Source of the DNA: Pseudomonadota bacterium
GTDB lineage: Bacteria > Bdellovibrionota > Bdellovibrionia > Bdellovibrionales > SG-bin7
DNA: 64,000 bases
Reading direction: 5' to 3'
NCBI GenBank assembly: GCA_034439715.1
Contig: JAWXAY010000027.1
Location: 9,199-73,198, forward strand
The notes under the pieces were generated by a model that was not told where the DNA came from, did no database searches, and saw nothing but the letters and a program-made list of their open reading frames with translations. Shown piece after piece: positions 9,309 through 19,753 of this stretch (its first letter is position 1; each line of letters begins with the position of its first letter). Position numbers and translations under genes: made by a program.

Positions 9309-10388
9309 TTATTGCCCCGCCATAAGTAAAGAACCAATAACCATCGGATGTCTTAAGCTCTCGAAAACAATCTGTTTAAAACTGGGGTCCTGATATTTTT
9401 GCTTTAGTTTGGCAGAAATATCTTTGACCACCCCACGATTAATAGTTTCATTGCCGTCTGTAAGTCGAATAAAGTACCGAACAGAGTTTCTAACGGAACA
9501 TTCTGTAAAATTAGCATTATTCACCAAGGCTTGAGCAGCCTCTCTCAAATTATTTGAGGTCTGCCCAAACATTTGAGAAACTTCGGATCTCGCAAGGTCG
9601 GAAGTCACCATATGCGAAGTAAAAAGATCATTCACAGAAAGTCCGGGCTCAAGATTGGGATTTTGCAGGCCTGTGGCGGCAGCTTTATAAACTCCAAAAG
9701 CGTCAAATTTAACAAAAAATTGAGTGTGAGCACTGAATTGCCCATGGCACGCATAGCAAGCCGTACCATTGCCAAACTCTGCAGCTCCTATTGCTAAGTC
9801 AGCCGCAAACATAGGTATTAATGATTCTCTCGGCAGTCGCGGCTGTAAAGTGGTGGACATCGGATAAGACTGGCACGCAAACTGACGTAACGTATTACTA
9901 GCACGAGAAAGATTAAATCGTCCGCTATACTGCTTTAGAAAAGCGCGAGTCGTTAACACGCCTGCCACAAATGGGGAGCCCGTATCACAACTTATTCTCT
10001 GCCTATTATTATCAACACAGTAATCCGCTGTTAAGATTTCAGAGTAAGGCCGATTCTGGCGAATTAAATAATCGAGAAGATTTGCCGGAAGTTCATAGTT
10101 AATAGTGCCATCGTTTCCGCTAACACCGAGCTGGGTCTGAATTTGAATTCGGCTAGATTTAACAAAAAATTCAGAATCCACCCAAGACTGTAAAACTCTT
10201 TCTAAACCCACGTACCCCTCGCTCCTAAGGGTACTTCTCTCCGCAGCATTCAAGGGTCGACCAGTGAGCATCGAGCTCAGCCGCGCCATATAGTTTTCTA
10301 TCTGCTGCGGAGTAAACGAACTGGTTGATTGCGCTTGCGCACTATTCAATCCTGTCAAAACAACTAAAATAAATATTAGATTTTTCAT
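9309..10388 (-). CDS. Secreted mono-heme (CYACH) DUF1588/1585-like protein, module B
   Basis: Signal ending AQA-Q, YSEILTADYC, AGVLTTRAFL, CYACH, FTECSVRN. Confidence 0.7.
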   Translation of the reverse strand: MKNLIFILVVLTGLNSAQAQSTSSFTPQQIENYMARLSSMLTGRPLNAAERSTLRSEGYVGLERVLQSWVDSEFFVKSSRIQIQTQLGVSGNDGTINYELPANLLDYLIRQNRPYSEILTADYCVDNNRQRISCDTGSPFVAGVLTTRAFLKQYSGRFNLSRASNTLRQFACQSYPMSTTLQPRLPRESLIPMFAADLAIGAAEFGNGTACYACHGQFSAHTQFFVKFDAFGVYKAAATGLQNPNLEPGLSVNDLFTSHMVTSDLARSEVSQMFGQTSNNLREAAQALVNNANFTECSVRNSVRYFIRLTDGNETINRGVVKDISAKLKQKYQDPSFKQIVFESLRHPMVIGSLLMAGQ

Positions 10389-10948
10389 TGTGCTACATAC
10401 TCCAAAGAAGAAAGTGTTACATAACAGAGTACTTCGAGGCGAACGTCGTTTGATACGGCCAGTGCAGTTACATCATTTATATTACTTTGATCCTCAGCGT
10501 TCAAATCTCTTCCAAGAGCGGATTCTATAAATCCCCTAGCTGCAGCAGGAAAGGGGAATTTGGTCCGGAGTGCCAGCGATGAACAGTAAGGCTGAAGAGC
10601 TTGAGTCCATGAAGCCAATCGAGAGTCTGTCCAAGTTAAGTCTTGCGATACTCCTCTGGCAAAATCATAAGATCCCAATTCAATTTTTTTAGAATTAAGT
10701 TGAGCATAAAGTGCGACATCTGTGCTACCGATCAGAGAATTTAGTTTATTGATCCGAACATCAAACGGTAGAATTCGCACTGCACTCCTATCTATTTTAA
10801 AAAGACCAAGAGTTATTGACTCCGGAGGCACAAACAAGAATGATCCTGAAGAAGCGAGTTCTGACTTTTGGCTTTTAAAACCGCTGCAGTTACTATAAAA
10901 AACGGCGACTACAAACAAAGATGCCAAATAAATTATTGATCTTTTCAT
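10385..10948 (-). CDS. Small lipoprotein, module B
   Basis: ATG at 10948 overlaps the upstream stop (ATGA). VFYSNC signal. Helical C-terminus FIESALGRDL...LCYVTLSSLEY. Confidence 0.7.
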   Translation of the reverse strand: MKRSIIYLASLFVVAVFYSNCSGFKSQKSELASSGSFLFVPPESITLGLFKIDRSAVRILPFDVRINKLNSLIGSTDVALYAQLNSKKIELGSYDFARGVSQDLTWTDSRLASWTQALQPYCSSLALRTKFPFPAAARGFIESALGRDLNAEDQSNINDVTALAVSNDVRLEVLCYVTLSSLEYVAQ

Positions 10949-11928
10949 GGAACCTGCCAATCTTGTGCATGACATAGGGTTAAAAATAGAGAGCGCCAGC
11001 CTTCTATCGTAGGATATTGTAGAGTGGTTGTTTGATTGACTAGGCTTTGCAATGCCGTGGTCACAGTAACCGGAGCAGTTCTGCCAACATAAAATAACCC
11101 GTAGGCATTAGAAATTTGTCCCGCTGTTGGTAACACGGTACTAGAGCCCGCACCAGCAAGTCCTCGAGCAAACTCTACCGCACCATCGTTAGATAATATT
11201 TTATCGCACGTACGATAGACTAGTGCTGCGCGGGGTGACGTCATGCCTGGTATTATTGCGGCCTGACTTTCTGCAGAGCTGCACCCAAATGAGTAAGAAT
11301 CACAAGGTCCACCAAATTGTATCACATTATCTGCAATCGCACCTTTGGTTAATGGCGCTGCCACTGGTCCAAAAATTTCATTTAAAGTAGTGGCTACATA
11401 GCTTCGCGTTTCCAAGCGAATCACCCTTCTCACTCCCGTCGTGCCGCCCTTTGGGGGAGGCGGATTGGCGCCATTCTTTTTTTCATATGCCGCCCAGGTA
11501 ACCAAGGCCGCTGACATCTCTGAACCGTCGCTCGTACAAAACTGAGCATTGGCAATATCACTCTTACGGCAATGATTATTTTTTGATTGTTCTATAAAAT
11601 AAGAATTTAATACATTTTCGAAATCGGCATATTTACGATTGTCAGATGTTTGTCCCGCCTTAGAAATCTCGTAGGACAAGTTGAGATCATTTTGCGCAAA
11701 TAAAGGCTGTTGATTTGCACTGTGGCAACCTGCGCAGTTTTTTCTGGTGACGGCGTAAACAGAGGTGCGAAAAACTTCTTTGGCCAGTAAGATGTCAACT
11801 GATGACTGGCTATTACTGCCAAATTCGTCACTTTTAAGTGAAGTAAATTTGCTGCAGTTTTGAAAACCCATCAATAGCGTCAAGCCCAGTGCTAGAAAAG
11901 CTATTATAAGTTTAACGTTAAATTTCAT
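10945..11928 (-). CDS. Mono-heme cytochrome c lipoprotein, module C
   Basis: MGFQNC signal, CAGCH. Paralog of 15444-16391 (both end LC..xDWQVP). Confidence 0.75.
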   Translation of the reverse strand: MKFNVKLIIAFLALGLTLLMGFQNCSKFTSLKSDEFGSNSQSSVDILLAKEVFRTSVYAVTRKNCAGCHSANQQPLFAQNDLNLSYEISKAGQTSDNRKYADFENVLNSYFIEQSKNNHCRKSDIANAQFCTSDGSEMSAALVTWAAYEKKNGANPPPPKGGTTGVRRVIRLETRSYVATTLNEIFGPVAAPLTKGAIADNVIQFGGPCDSYSFGCSSAESQAAIIPGMTSPRAALVYRTCDKILSNDGAVEFARGLAGAGSSTVLPTAGQISNAYGLFYVGRTAPVTVTTALQSLVNQTTTLQYPTIEGWRSLFLTLCHAQDWQVP

Positions 11929-11953
11929 TTTTAGATTTCCCCAAATTCTACAG

Positions 11954-13726
11954 TTAGGATCTATTTTTTGCCAGCTCCACGTTATTCACAATGCCACTAG
12001 TGGCAGTTTCAAGAACCAAAGAACTATTATTAGGATTAATTTTTTCAACTCGTAAAAGATGCGACACGGTCGACGAAATGTGGCCTATGCCTAAGGTAGT
12101 ACTGGCACCATCTATTGTAACGGGTGCCGCCAATCCCCAACCGCCCCAGTTTCCAAAACCATTTCCGCCATTGTTAAGACAGTTGCCAACGACCATGGGT
12201 TTCTTAATGGCTCCCGAAATAAGTGTCGTATTAGAGTTTCTGGATTCATGACCTGTGCTACCGTCTGACCCCGGGTTTCTGCCAAAATCAGAGGAGATCT
12301 GAAAAACCGTTTCATCAAATAAGTTTTTAGACTTAAGCTGGCTAATCATTTCATAAAGACAAGCCGAGAGTGCGGTAAAAATAAATGAGTTTATAATAAG
12401 TCCCGTCCAAGCTCCTCCGCCGTGGGCATCGCCGTTCCAGTAGCCATTTCTTGAAACTATTTGTCCGCTATCAAAATCAACTGAATTTTGAACCAAAAGA
12501 CTTTTTGTCTCACCTAAACTCATTCGTGCCGAACTCGAATAGCCATTGACGATTAAGAATTCAGCGACAGCAAAGCTCTCTGCAACCTCATCTATCATAG
12601 TGCTAGCTTGTATCATCGTCGCCAAATTTGCGTTCCTGACTTCCATTATATCAGGAATTCTAAGTTGAACTCGGAATCCATTATACCTGGCTTCGTTGTT
12701 AGTCTGGGGAGCAATATTTGCTGTAGATACCGGTTTATCAGTAATTCCTGGCATTGCTGTAGTCGCACACCTGGCAATGAGACCTCTGTATTTTGCTAAA
12801 AGCTGTTGGTAAACCGGTAGCAAATTTGTAATACCTTGCTTAATTAATGGCTCGGCAGAATTTCGAACCGAAAATAAAGCTTCTGAGCCCGGATACCTAG
12901 ACTTTGCAATAATACCTAACTGTGTGAGCGCGCCTTTGAGTGCAGAATCAATCGCATCACGTCGTGACATAAAAGTTGCAGAAAGCCCGTCGTTAACAAC
13001 TCTATTCGGAAGAAAGGGATTGTAATCACCTGAGCGAGCAAAAGGTGCTAATAATTGATTGAGTGGATCTCCACCAGTACATGTAGCTATGCCGCCGCCC
13101 ATGCCTGAACGAAAGTTATTAGCGCCGCCAAACGAAACTGCAGGTAGTGATTTTGTTGAACGATCAGCCACCAAGCCATCTAAACTTGGTGCTGAGCCGG
13201 AAGGCCTAATTTGCATTGACGACGCCTCCGCGTGAAAATCAATAAGTCCGTCAAAGCTTCGCATCATTAACATATTGTCCAAAAGGCTTTCCATCGGAAC
13301 CACACCGCCATTTGAAGTGGGAATATTTGATCCCCACAAGTGTGGCATATTTAAAGTTACACCATTTCGGGTAATAGCTCTTGTGGCATATATCGGATTA
13401 TCGTAAAAACCACCTCTGTCGGTAAATCTGGTAAATACATGGGCCGTCCTAGCATCGGGTTGTATGATGCTTGTATTGGATTCGTAAGGAACTAACGGCT
13501 GATCCCAATACCAACGGGTCATTCCCCCGCCGAGATGTAAATAGACATAATTGCGCACTGGCAGACCCGAATTGACAGCTTGGGCATGTGCTTTATTAAC
13601 AAGTCCATCGACTAAGCCATCCATTAATAGTTGCATGGGTCCGAGAGCGACTCCCACGCGGCCAATGGACTTCATGAAGTCTCGACGGCTCATTGCAGGC
13701 TGTTTTTTTTGTTGACGTTTTTTCAT
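11954..13726 (-). CDS. Tat-exported DUF1501-like protein, module C
   Basis: SRRDFMK, signal ending AHA-Q, YLHLGGG, LKSKNLFDETVFQISSDFGRNP...TGHE. Paralog of 16403-18148. Confidence 0.75.
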   Translation of the reverse strand: MKKRQQKKQPAMSRRDFMKSIGRVGVALGPMQLLMDGLVDGLVNKAHAQAVNSGLPVRNYVYLHLGGGMTRWYWDQPLVPYESNTSIIQPDARTAHVFTRFTDRGGFYDNPIYATRAITRNGVTLNMPHLWGSNIPTSNGGVVPMESLLDNMLMMRSFDGLIDFHAEASSMQIRPSGSAPSLDGLVADRSTKSLPAVSFGGANNFRSGMGGGIATCTGGDPLNQLLAPFARSGDYNPFLPNRVVNDGLSATFMSRRDAIDSALKGALTQLGIIAKSRYPGSEALFSVRNSAEPLIKQGITNLLPVYQQLLAKYRGLIARCATTAMPGITDKPVSTANIAPQTNNEARYNGFRVQLRIPDIMEVRNANLATMIQASTMIDEVAESFAVAEFLIVNGYSSSARMSLGETKSLLVQNSVDFDSGQIVSRNGYWNGDAHGGGAWTGLIINSFIFTALSACLYEMISQLKSKNLFDETVFQISSDFGRNPGSDGSTGHESRNSNTTLISGAIKKPMVVGNCLNNGGNGFGNWGGWGLAAPVTIDGASTTLGIGHISSTVSHLLRVEKINPNNSSLVLETATSGIVNNVELAKNRS

Positions 13727-15198
13727 TCTAACGACGACCTCCGGTAAGTGTCGGAATTCAGAATTTTCTGAATCAACTGCCTCAAACTTTGCGTCGACTT
13801 AAGTTCTAAACCTAACGAAATAACTATATCTCGATATTTGACTTCGTCAGCAGTTAGCGCCGGCTTAGTGGTATCACCAATGTCATTTAGATTGGCTTCA
13901 ATTCCTGTAAAGAATTTAAAGTACCGCGAAGCTGCGCAAACATACATTTCATTATTTACAGAAAAAGCATTACCCAAATCTTGGATACTAGAAAGATTCT
14001 GATTTATTAATCGACCGTCGTAGCTGCGATACAACAAAACACCGCTTGTCGGTCTACTATGAAACCTGTTGTCGCTGGAAACTGGCCCCGCCTCAGCTGG
14101 GTCTGTCGTCGGCCACACCGTCAGGTGCATGTGTGCGTCGTCAGTTAACATTGGTACAGAATTATAAGATATATGGCGTGCAACATAAGCTGTTCGGTCC
14201 ATACTAGCATGGCATTGCATACAATTCGAACTTTGTCGAAACGGGATCCCCGTTGCCTGCACAAAGGGTTCGGCATCAGCACGACGGATAAGCGGCAGAT
14301 CTCGGCACATAAAACTGTTATATCCCGCGCGTGCCCAACGGCGTGGTACGCGAAGTCCCCCGTCCATTGGGTAGTAGTCCGACCTTCCTAAATTTAACAT
14401 TAAAAAAGATTTGGTCCCTAGAACGCCACCACCTAAACTTTGATGGGGCATCATAGGTTGCCTAAGCTGAGCATAACCCTCAGGTGCCCCTTGGGCGCCA
14501 ATAACACTTAGATTAATTTTTGTAGGATTTAAAGTAATGGGACGTAAGCCGATCAGATCTCCGAATTGAACTAATTCTGACTGAATATTAACTCGCGCCG
14601 TATTTGTATAAGAGGCTGCCTGCGCCAAAGAAGTGCGCATCCCGATTGTGGCATTCGCTAGTGGACCTGTATAAGGTGGAGGTGGCGGATTTTGTATGGG
14701 ACCACTCGTTCTTAGAGCCTCCATTGAGTTTCTTCCAAGTACTACCTCAGAGTAATTTACACCTTGAGTAAATAGAGTTCTTGAAATATGAAGCGCGCTT
14801 TCGCCCTGGTCGTAAAGAAATCGAGTGGCAGCGTTAAAACTAAGTCCGTGAGGAATGGCAGTCCCAAAATTATCTGTCGGAAACCAACTTCGATGGAAGT
14901 CATTAAGTCTTTGTAAAACAAGTCGCCCCTGCGCCGTGTCCGAAACCAGACGGCCTTCTGAACCCGCGCCTGCTGATGAGGGCTGGAGTCTGGCACTATC
15001 GAGTACTTGCAAGCAGGCGTTTGCCGCAGTTAAGGTACCACTGTTTACACTTGCTCGTAGATTATGATTAAAGGGAAGTCGAGTTCCTGTTAGGTTAGCA
15101 TAACAACGGTTAAATAAGGCCAACTCACTTAAGTTTTCAATTTGCGCTGAGGCATTAAAACTAAAGAAATAAATAAGTGATAGTGCAGTAACTCTCAA
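13723..15198 (-). CDS. Secreted mono-heme (CMQCH) DUF1588/1585-like protein, module C
   Basis: TTG start behind SD GGAGGGGG. LSELALFNRCY, GGGVLGT, CMQCHASMD, YVCAASRYF. 491 aa, same length as paralog 18158-19633. Confidence 0.75.
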   Translation of the reverse strand: MRVTALSLIYFFSFNASAQIENLSELALFNRCYANLTGTRLPFNHNLRASVNSGTLTAANACLQVLDSARLQPSSAGAGSEGRLVSDTAQGRLVLQRLNDFHRSWFPTDNFGTAIPHGLSFNAATRFLYDQGESALHISRTLFTQGVNYSEVVLGRNSMEALRTSGPIQNPPPPPYTGPLANATIGMRTSLAQAASYTNTARVNIQSELVQFGDLIGLRPITLNPTKINLSVIGAQGAPEGYAQLRQPMMPHQSLGGGVLGTKSFLMLNLGRSDYYPMDGGLRVPRRWARAGYNSFMCRDLPLIRRADAEPFVQATGIPFRQSSNCMQCHASMDRTAYVARHISYNSVPMLTDDAHMHLTVWPTTDPAEAGPVSSDNRFHSRPTSGVLLYRSYDGRLINQNLSSIQDLGNAFSVNNEMYVCAASRYFKFFTGIEANLNDIGDTTKPALTADEVKYRDIVISLGLELKSTQSLRQLIQKILNSDTYRRSSLE

Positions 15199-15214
15199 GC
15201 TTCCCCCTCCTAAA

Positions 15215-15280
15215 ATAGTATCGGCAATTTGCGCTAAAATCTATGAGTTCTTATGAGCCAACAGTGTCTCGCTCTGATAC
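15215..15280 (-). promoter_or_regulatory. Composite promoter of the module C/B operon
   Basis: Box TGAGTTCTTATGAGCCA at 15244-15260, 25 bp from -10 TACTAT (15215-15220). Overlapping sigma28-like CATAGATT-N12-GCCGATAC at 15218-15245. Palindrome GTCTCG-CTC-TGATAC at 15266-15280. Confidence 0.65.
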
Positions 15281-15443
15281 ATGTTAGTTGCTGATTCTAC
15301 TAGGGTATGTTGCAATTCCTATTCCCGTCACAATGGGTTTTACGCGGCAACTGCAGGGTGTTTTCTGACACCTGTATGTTAGTTTTACGTTTTCTGTTAC
15401 TTAAAAAAAACAGATACACGTTGTTGAGTATCAGTTTTAATTT

Positions 15444-16391
15444 TTAAGGAACTTGCCAGTCAGGACTCATACACAAAGTTAAGAGGACAAAGCGCCACTG
15501 ATCCAAACTAACGTAAGCCTTTTGCTCCACACTCGTAGCTATCGCCTTAAGAGCTGTCGTGGTAGTTGTCTGCGCCAGCCTACCAGTAAAAAATAAATCA
15601 TAAAGAGACTGTATATCTCCGGCGGTTAATGTCCTCGCTGTGGCATCTGAACCCACCGCAAGTGTTACGGCATTAATAACCGCTGCATCACTTTGTGTAA
15701 TCTTGGTGCATGCTCTAATTGTCAAAGATTGCCGAGTCGGAGTTGCGGGACCTACTGACGACGCCTGAGATTCCCCGAGGTCGCGACAATCCCCGAAGTT
15801 TTGATTTCCATTAAAGTCTCTACTGTATTTGTCACAGGGGTCTCCATAATTACCGGCGTCGTTATCAACTAACCTAACAACCGGATCATTGGCAGTGGCG
15901 CCAAAAACATCACGCAACTTACTTGCGACAAATTTTCGACCTCCATGACGCGGTTGCGCGTCGGAGGCATCGACCCCAGGGCCAGAACTAAACTTCTCGA
16001 AAGCCTTCCACTTATTAATTTCATTTATCATTTCACTTCCGTCTGTCATACAATTAGAAAGCTTGCAGTGCCCATCCCTGATCTTTATGACCAACATTGA
16101 TCCTGGCACATTTGTAAAGTTAACCTTTGAGCGTGCTGCCATGTAAGCAACATCGACATCGGCCGCAGCATGCAACGGACTATTCTGTGTTTCGTGACAA
16201 CTAATACATTTAGAGCGTGTAATTAAATAAACTGTTTCACCAAATGCCTGCTGTCCTGACTTTTCAGATTTACCGGCATCCGAACTGCTAGAGAATTCAG
16301 ATTCGGAAATAGACTTAAACTTACCGCAGGAGTTATATAAAACCATGGGTAGTAGTAAAAAAATAATTATTTTCAAAAATTTGATTTTCAA
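15444..16391 (-). CDS. Mono-heme cytochrome c lipoprotein, module D
   Basis: VLYNSC signal, CISCH, HC...C.TDGSEM shared with 10945-11928. Confidence 0.75.
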   Translation of the reverse strand: MKIKFLKIIIFLLLPMVLYNSCGKFKSISESEFSSSSDAGKSEKSGQQAFGETVYLITRSKCISCHETQNSPLHAAADVDVAYMAARSKVNFTNVPGSMLVIKIRDGHCKLSNCMTDGSEMINEINKWKAFEKFSSGPGVDASDAQPRHGGRKFVASKLRDVFGATANDPVVRLVDNDAGNYGDPCDKYSRDFNGNQNFGDCRDLGESQASSVGPATPTRQSLTIRACTKITQSDAAVINAVTLAVGSDATARTLTAGDIQSLYDLFFTGRLAQTTTTTALKAIATSVEQKAYVSLDQWRFVLLTLCMSPDWQVP

Positions 16392-16402
16392 AATATCACT
16401 TC

Positions 16403-18148
16403 CTACTTATTAATCGCCAAGTCAACTAGGTTGGTAATTCCGCCAGTGGTTTCTTGTATCAAGGCACCATTGTTAGACATCGGATGTTCTACCCTTAAGA
16501 GTTCTGCAACAGTTGATGTCGCGTGACCAATGGTAAGTTCCTGTTCAATACCGTCAACTTTTACGGGCGCAGCGGCTCCCCAAGTACCTCTGTAATTGCC
16601 GCCGGCTGGACTATTCGCGCCTTCAAAAAGTGTATGCCCAAGCACCATTGGTTTAATGATCGCACCAGAAACCAAAGACGTCGCATGAGCCATCCAACCG
16701 TGATCTGAACCTGAATTATCATTTCGTGGATCACGACTAAATTCACCACCAACTTGAATAACTGTTTCTTTAAATATATTCGCTGTTTTTAAAACTGAAA
16801 CCATTTCATAAAGACAGGCCGCAATCGCCTTAAAATGAAAACTATTAATAATCAAACTACAAAATGAGCCACCCGAATGTTCGTCATGTGCCCAGCCGTT
16901 AACTTGGTTCCCGATTGCCCTTGCTCCCGTTACTCGTCCTGCGGCATCTTTGGTGGGTTCGAAGACATCCTGAAAACTAAGTCCCGAAATATAGCTTGCC
17001 GCTAAATTTATGCTTGAGCTGTAGCCATTAATTAATAAATATTCAGCGACAGCGAAACCTTCTGCCAAATTAGCTACGTTGGAGTTTGCTGTAATCATTT
17101 GTCCTAAGTTAGCAGCGGGTCCTAAAAAATTTTGATCTGCGTTGATCGTATGATTAATAACAAAACCATTCGGGCGAGGAAGGTTTCCGACGGCAACTGG
17201 GACATTGGTAACGCCATCCATTCCGCCAGCACCCACCGCCCTAATTAGATTTGCATATTTATCTCTAATGCCTGTATAAGCTGTACTTAAATCTCCAATA
17301 CCACGACGAAGAAGAGTTTCGGCATCATTTCTCATAGCGTAAAGGCTCTCAGTGCCGGGCATATTTGATTTTGCTTGCGCCGCTAAATCCCTGAGGGCCG
17401 CATTAACAGAAATATCAAGTGCATTTTGGCGGCTGAGAACTCCGGCGTCTAGCGCGTCGCTAGAGCGATCAAATGGCGACAAAAGTCTTCTCAGAGGATC
17501 ATTGGCAAAATCATTTAGTTTTCCTTGAGCAACACCCTTTCTCGACTTATAGGCGTCGCTAAAACCTCCTGGTAGATTTACTGCCGGTACTGGAGCTTGT
17601 GATCGATCGGCAACGGCGCCATGTAGACTCGGCGAAGAGTTCAAAGGTCTTAAGGTTTTAAAGTTATTATTAGTGTGGCCGTCTGAAGGTAGTTTTACTC
17701 CACGAATCATCAACATATTTTCGAGAAGATTTGCCATTGGTGCTTGGCCGCCACCGACAGTGGGAATATTCTGGTTCCATAGACTTGGCATATTCAAAGT
17801 AACACCTGCGCGAGTAATAGCATTGGTTACGTAGCCTGATTGGGTGGAACTAGTAAAGCGAGTCGCTACATGAGGATTAGCAATAATGGCCTCAGTCCTA
17901 TACGGCATAAGCGGCATATCCCAGACCCACCGAGGCGGACCTCCAGGTAAATTAACATAAATAAAATTACGCGGTTTCACTATGGCGCCTGTAACCTGAG
18001 CTTGGGCACTCATCGTCATGCCGTCGATTAGGCTTGAAATCAACATTTGCAGCGGGCCCGGAAAAGTCACAGCAGCTGAGGCTCCTAACATGCCTAGGAA
18101 CTGCCGACGTGGGAGATGACATTTTGGTTTATTTTTCTCTCTGCCCAT
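16403..18148 (-). CDS. Tat-exported DUF1501-like protein, module D
   Basis: PRRQFLG, signal ending AQA-Q, YVNLPGGP, WAHDEH, GGEFSRDP...GSDHG. Confidence 0.78.
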   Translation of the reverse strand: MGREKNKPKCHLPRRQFLGMLGASAAVTFPGPLQMLISSLIDGMTMSAQAQVTGAIVKPRNFIYVNLPGGPPRWVWDMPLMPYRTEAIIANPHVATRFTSSTQSGYVTNAITRAGVTLNMPSLWNQNIPTVGGGQAPMANLLENMLMIRGVKLPSDGHTNNNFKTLRPLNSSPSLHGAVADRSQAPVPAVNLPGGFSDAYKSRKGVAQGKLNDFANDPLRRLLSPFDRSSDALDAGVLSRQNALDISVNAALRDLAAQAKSNMPGTESLYAMRNDAETLLRRGIGDLSTAYTGIRDKYANLIRAVGAGGMDGVTNVPVAVGNLPRPNGFVINHTINADQNFLGPAANLGQMITANSNVANLAEGFAVAEYLLINGYSSSINLAASYISGLSFQDVFEPTKDAAGRVTGARAIGNQVNGWAHDEHSGGSFCSLIINSFHFKAIAACLYEMVSVLKTANIFKETVIQVGGEFSRDPRNDNSGSDHGWMAHATSLVSGAIIKPMVLGHTLFEGANSPAGGNYRGTWGAAAPVKVDGIEQELTIGHATSTVAELLRVEHPMSNNGALIQETTGGITNLVDLAINK

Positions 18149-18157
18149 GTTTCTCCT

Positions 18158-19633
18158 CTATAACCGCTGCGCTGAACTTCGATATAAGTCACTACTAAAA
18201 ATTGATTGAATGAGAGCTTTTAAATTTTGACTATTTTTTAAATCCAAGCCTAATTTTATGACGATGTCTCGGTAAGATTTTTCACTACTGCTCAATGCTG
18301 GCAAACTCGTGTCTCCGGGATCCTGCAAATTGACTTTGATCCCGGTAAAAAACTGAAAATATTTAGCAGCCGTACATACATATAGATCTTCGGTTTCCGA
18401 AAGCGCTTCTCCTAGAGTTGCTAGGCTGCTAACTTGTCGATCGATGAGATTTCCGTTATAACTCCGATAATATAATTTCCCGTTAGTGGGGCGCTGAAAA
18501 TAACTAGAATCGGCGTCTACAAAGCCATTCTCTGCAGGTTGAGTTGCTGCCCACTTTCTAGTATGGACTGTGCCGCCAAATAAAACATAGGAGTTTGTAG
18601 CGTAACTAATATTGCGAGCAACACTTGCCATACCATCCATAGAGGAGTGACAACTCATACAACTACCGGCTTTACGAAAAGGCGGAGTCAATGCCGTAAC
18701 AACTGTTTGAATAAGTGGTGTTGCGTCGGTGATTCTAACGGCCGGAAGCTCACGACATAGTACATCGCTGTAAACAGCCTTGGCCCAGCGTCGATTCATA
18801 ACCAAACCGCCGTCGGAGGCACCCGTATCGGGACGTCCCAAATTTAATAACAAATAGGAAGGGGTTCCAATTATTCCCCCACCATGGGCTTCATTGGGAC
18901 GTAACGGCCCGGGACTACCAAAATATCTATTGGCAACCTCGGTACCATCTAAAGAATTTGTAACCAAATTTATTTTTTCTGTGTTCAAAGATAAACGACG
19001 AACTCCCAAAAGCTCGCCAGTCTGCACTAAAGGTGGATTCCAATTAACTCTCGTTGCCCCCGCATTTGGAACACTTGTAGACCACTGCTGCAGCTTATCG
19101 CCATTCAATGCGTTTCTATCGTAAGGCGACGGTCCAATAGAGCGCAGGGCTTCCATGGCACTATTACCTGTAACAATCTCAGAAAACCGGAGACCATTAG
19201 TCAGCAAAACGCGAGTGACATGTAATCCCGCCTCTTGCTCATCATGAATGTAGGGCTGGTAATTAAAATCCTCTAAAAAGGGAATGGCCTTCATAATATT
19301 ATCATTGGGAAACCACGAGCGATGAAAATCGTTCATATTTAATAACACTTGTTTTGCTTCGTCGTTACTGTTGACGAGGCTACCCTCGTTAGGCTGGGTC
19401 GCAATTAGTTGCACCCCATTGATAACTCTCATACAGGCATCTACAGCTTTAAGCGTACCAGCTTTTACCTGGGCACGCAGCGGATGAGAAAGTGGCAAAC
19501 TTTTTTGGGTGAGATGGGCATAGCATCGACTAAAAAGAGCTAGCTCTGAAAGAGGCTCGCGTGAACGATCCTGGCCGAGGGCAGAGTTCGACAATAAAAA
19601 TAATAGAATCCCCATGAAAACATGACTGGTCAT
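18158..19633 (-). CDS. Secreted mono-heme (CMSCH) DUF1588/1585-like protein, module D
   Basis: LSELALFSRCYAHLT, GGGIIGT, CMSCHSSMD, YVCTAAKYF. Confidence 0.75.
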   Translation of the reverse strand: MTSHVFMGILLFLLSNSALGQDRSREPLSELALFSRCYAHLTQKSLPLSHPLRAQVKAGTLKAVDACMRVINGVQLIATQPNEGSLVNSNDEAKQVLLNMNDFHRSWFPNDNIMKAIPFLEDFNYQPYIHDEQEAGLHVTRVLLTNGLRFSEIVTGNSAMEALRSIGPSPYDRNALNGDKLQQWSTSVPNAGATRVNWNPPLVQTGELLGVRRLSLNTEKINLVTNSLDGTEVANRYFGSPGPLRPNEAHGGGIIGTPSYLLLNLGRPDTGASDGGLVMNRRWAKAVYSDVLCRELPAVRITDATPLIQTVVTALTPPFRKAGSCMSCHSSMDGMASVARNISYATNSYVLFGGTVHTRKWAATQPAENGFVDADSSYFQRPTNGKLYYRSYNGNLIDRQVSSLATLGEALSETEDLYVCTAAKYFQFFTGIKVNLQDPGDTSLPALSSSEKSYRDIVIKLGLDLKNSQNLKALIQSIFSSDLYRSSAQRL

Positions 19634-19753
19634 CTGTATCCCCGACTCATCTATTAAGCTTAACTCTTGGTCTCTAAAATGTACACGAGCAAAAAAAAAC
19701 TAAAAAATAACTGTCTCAACTTGAGAAAACCTGTAAAAAAAATAAACAGTTAT

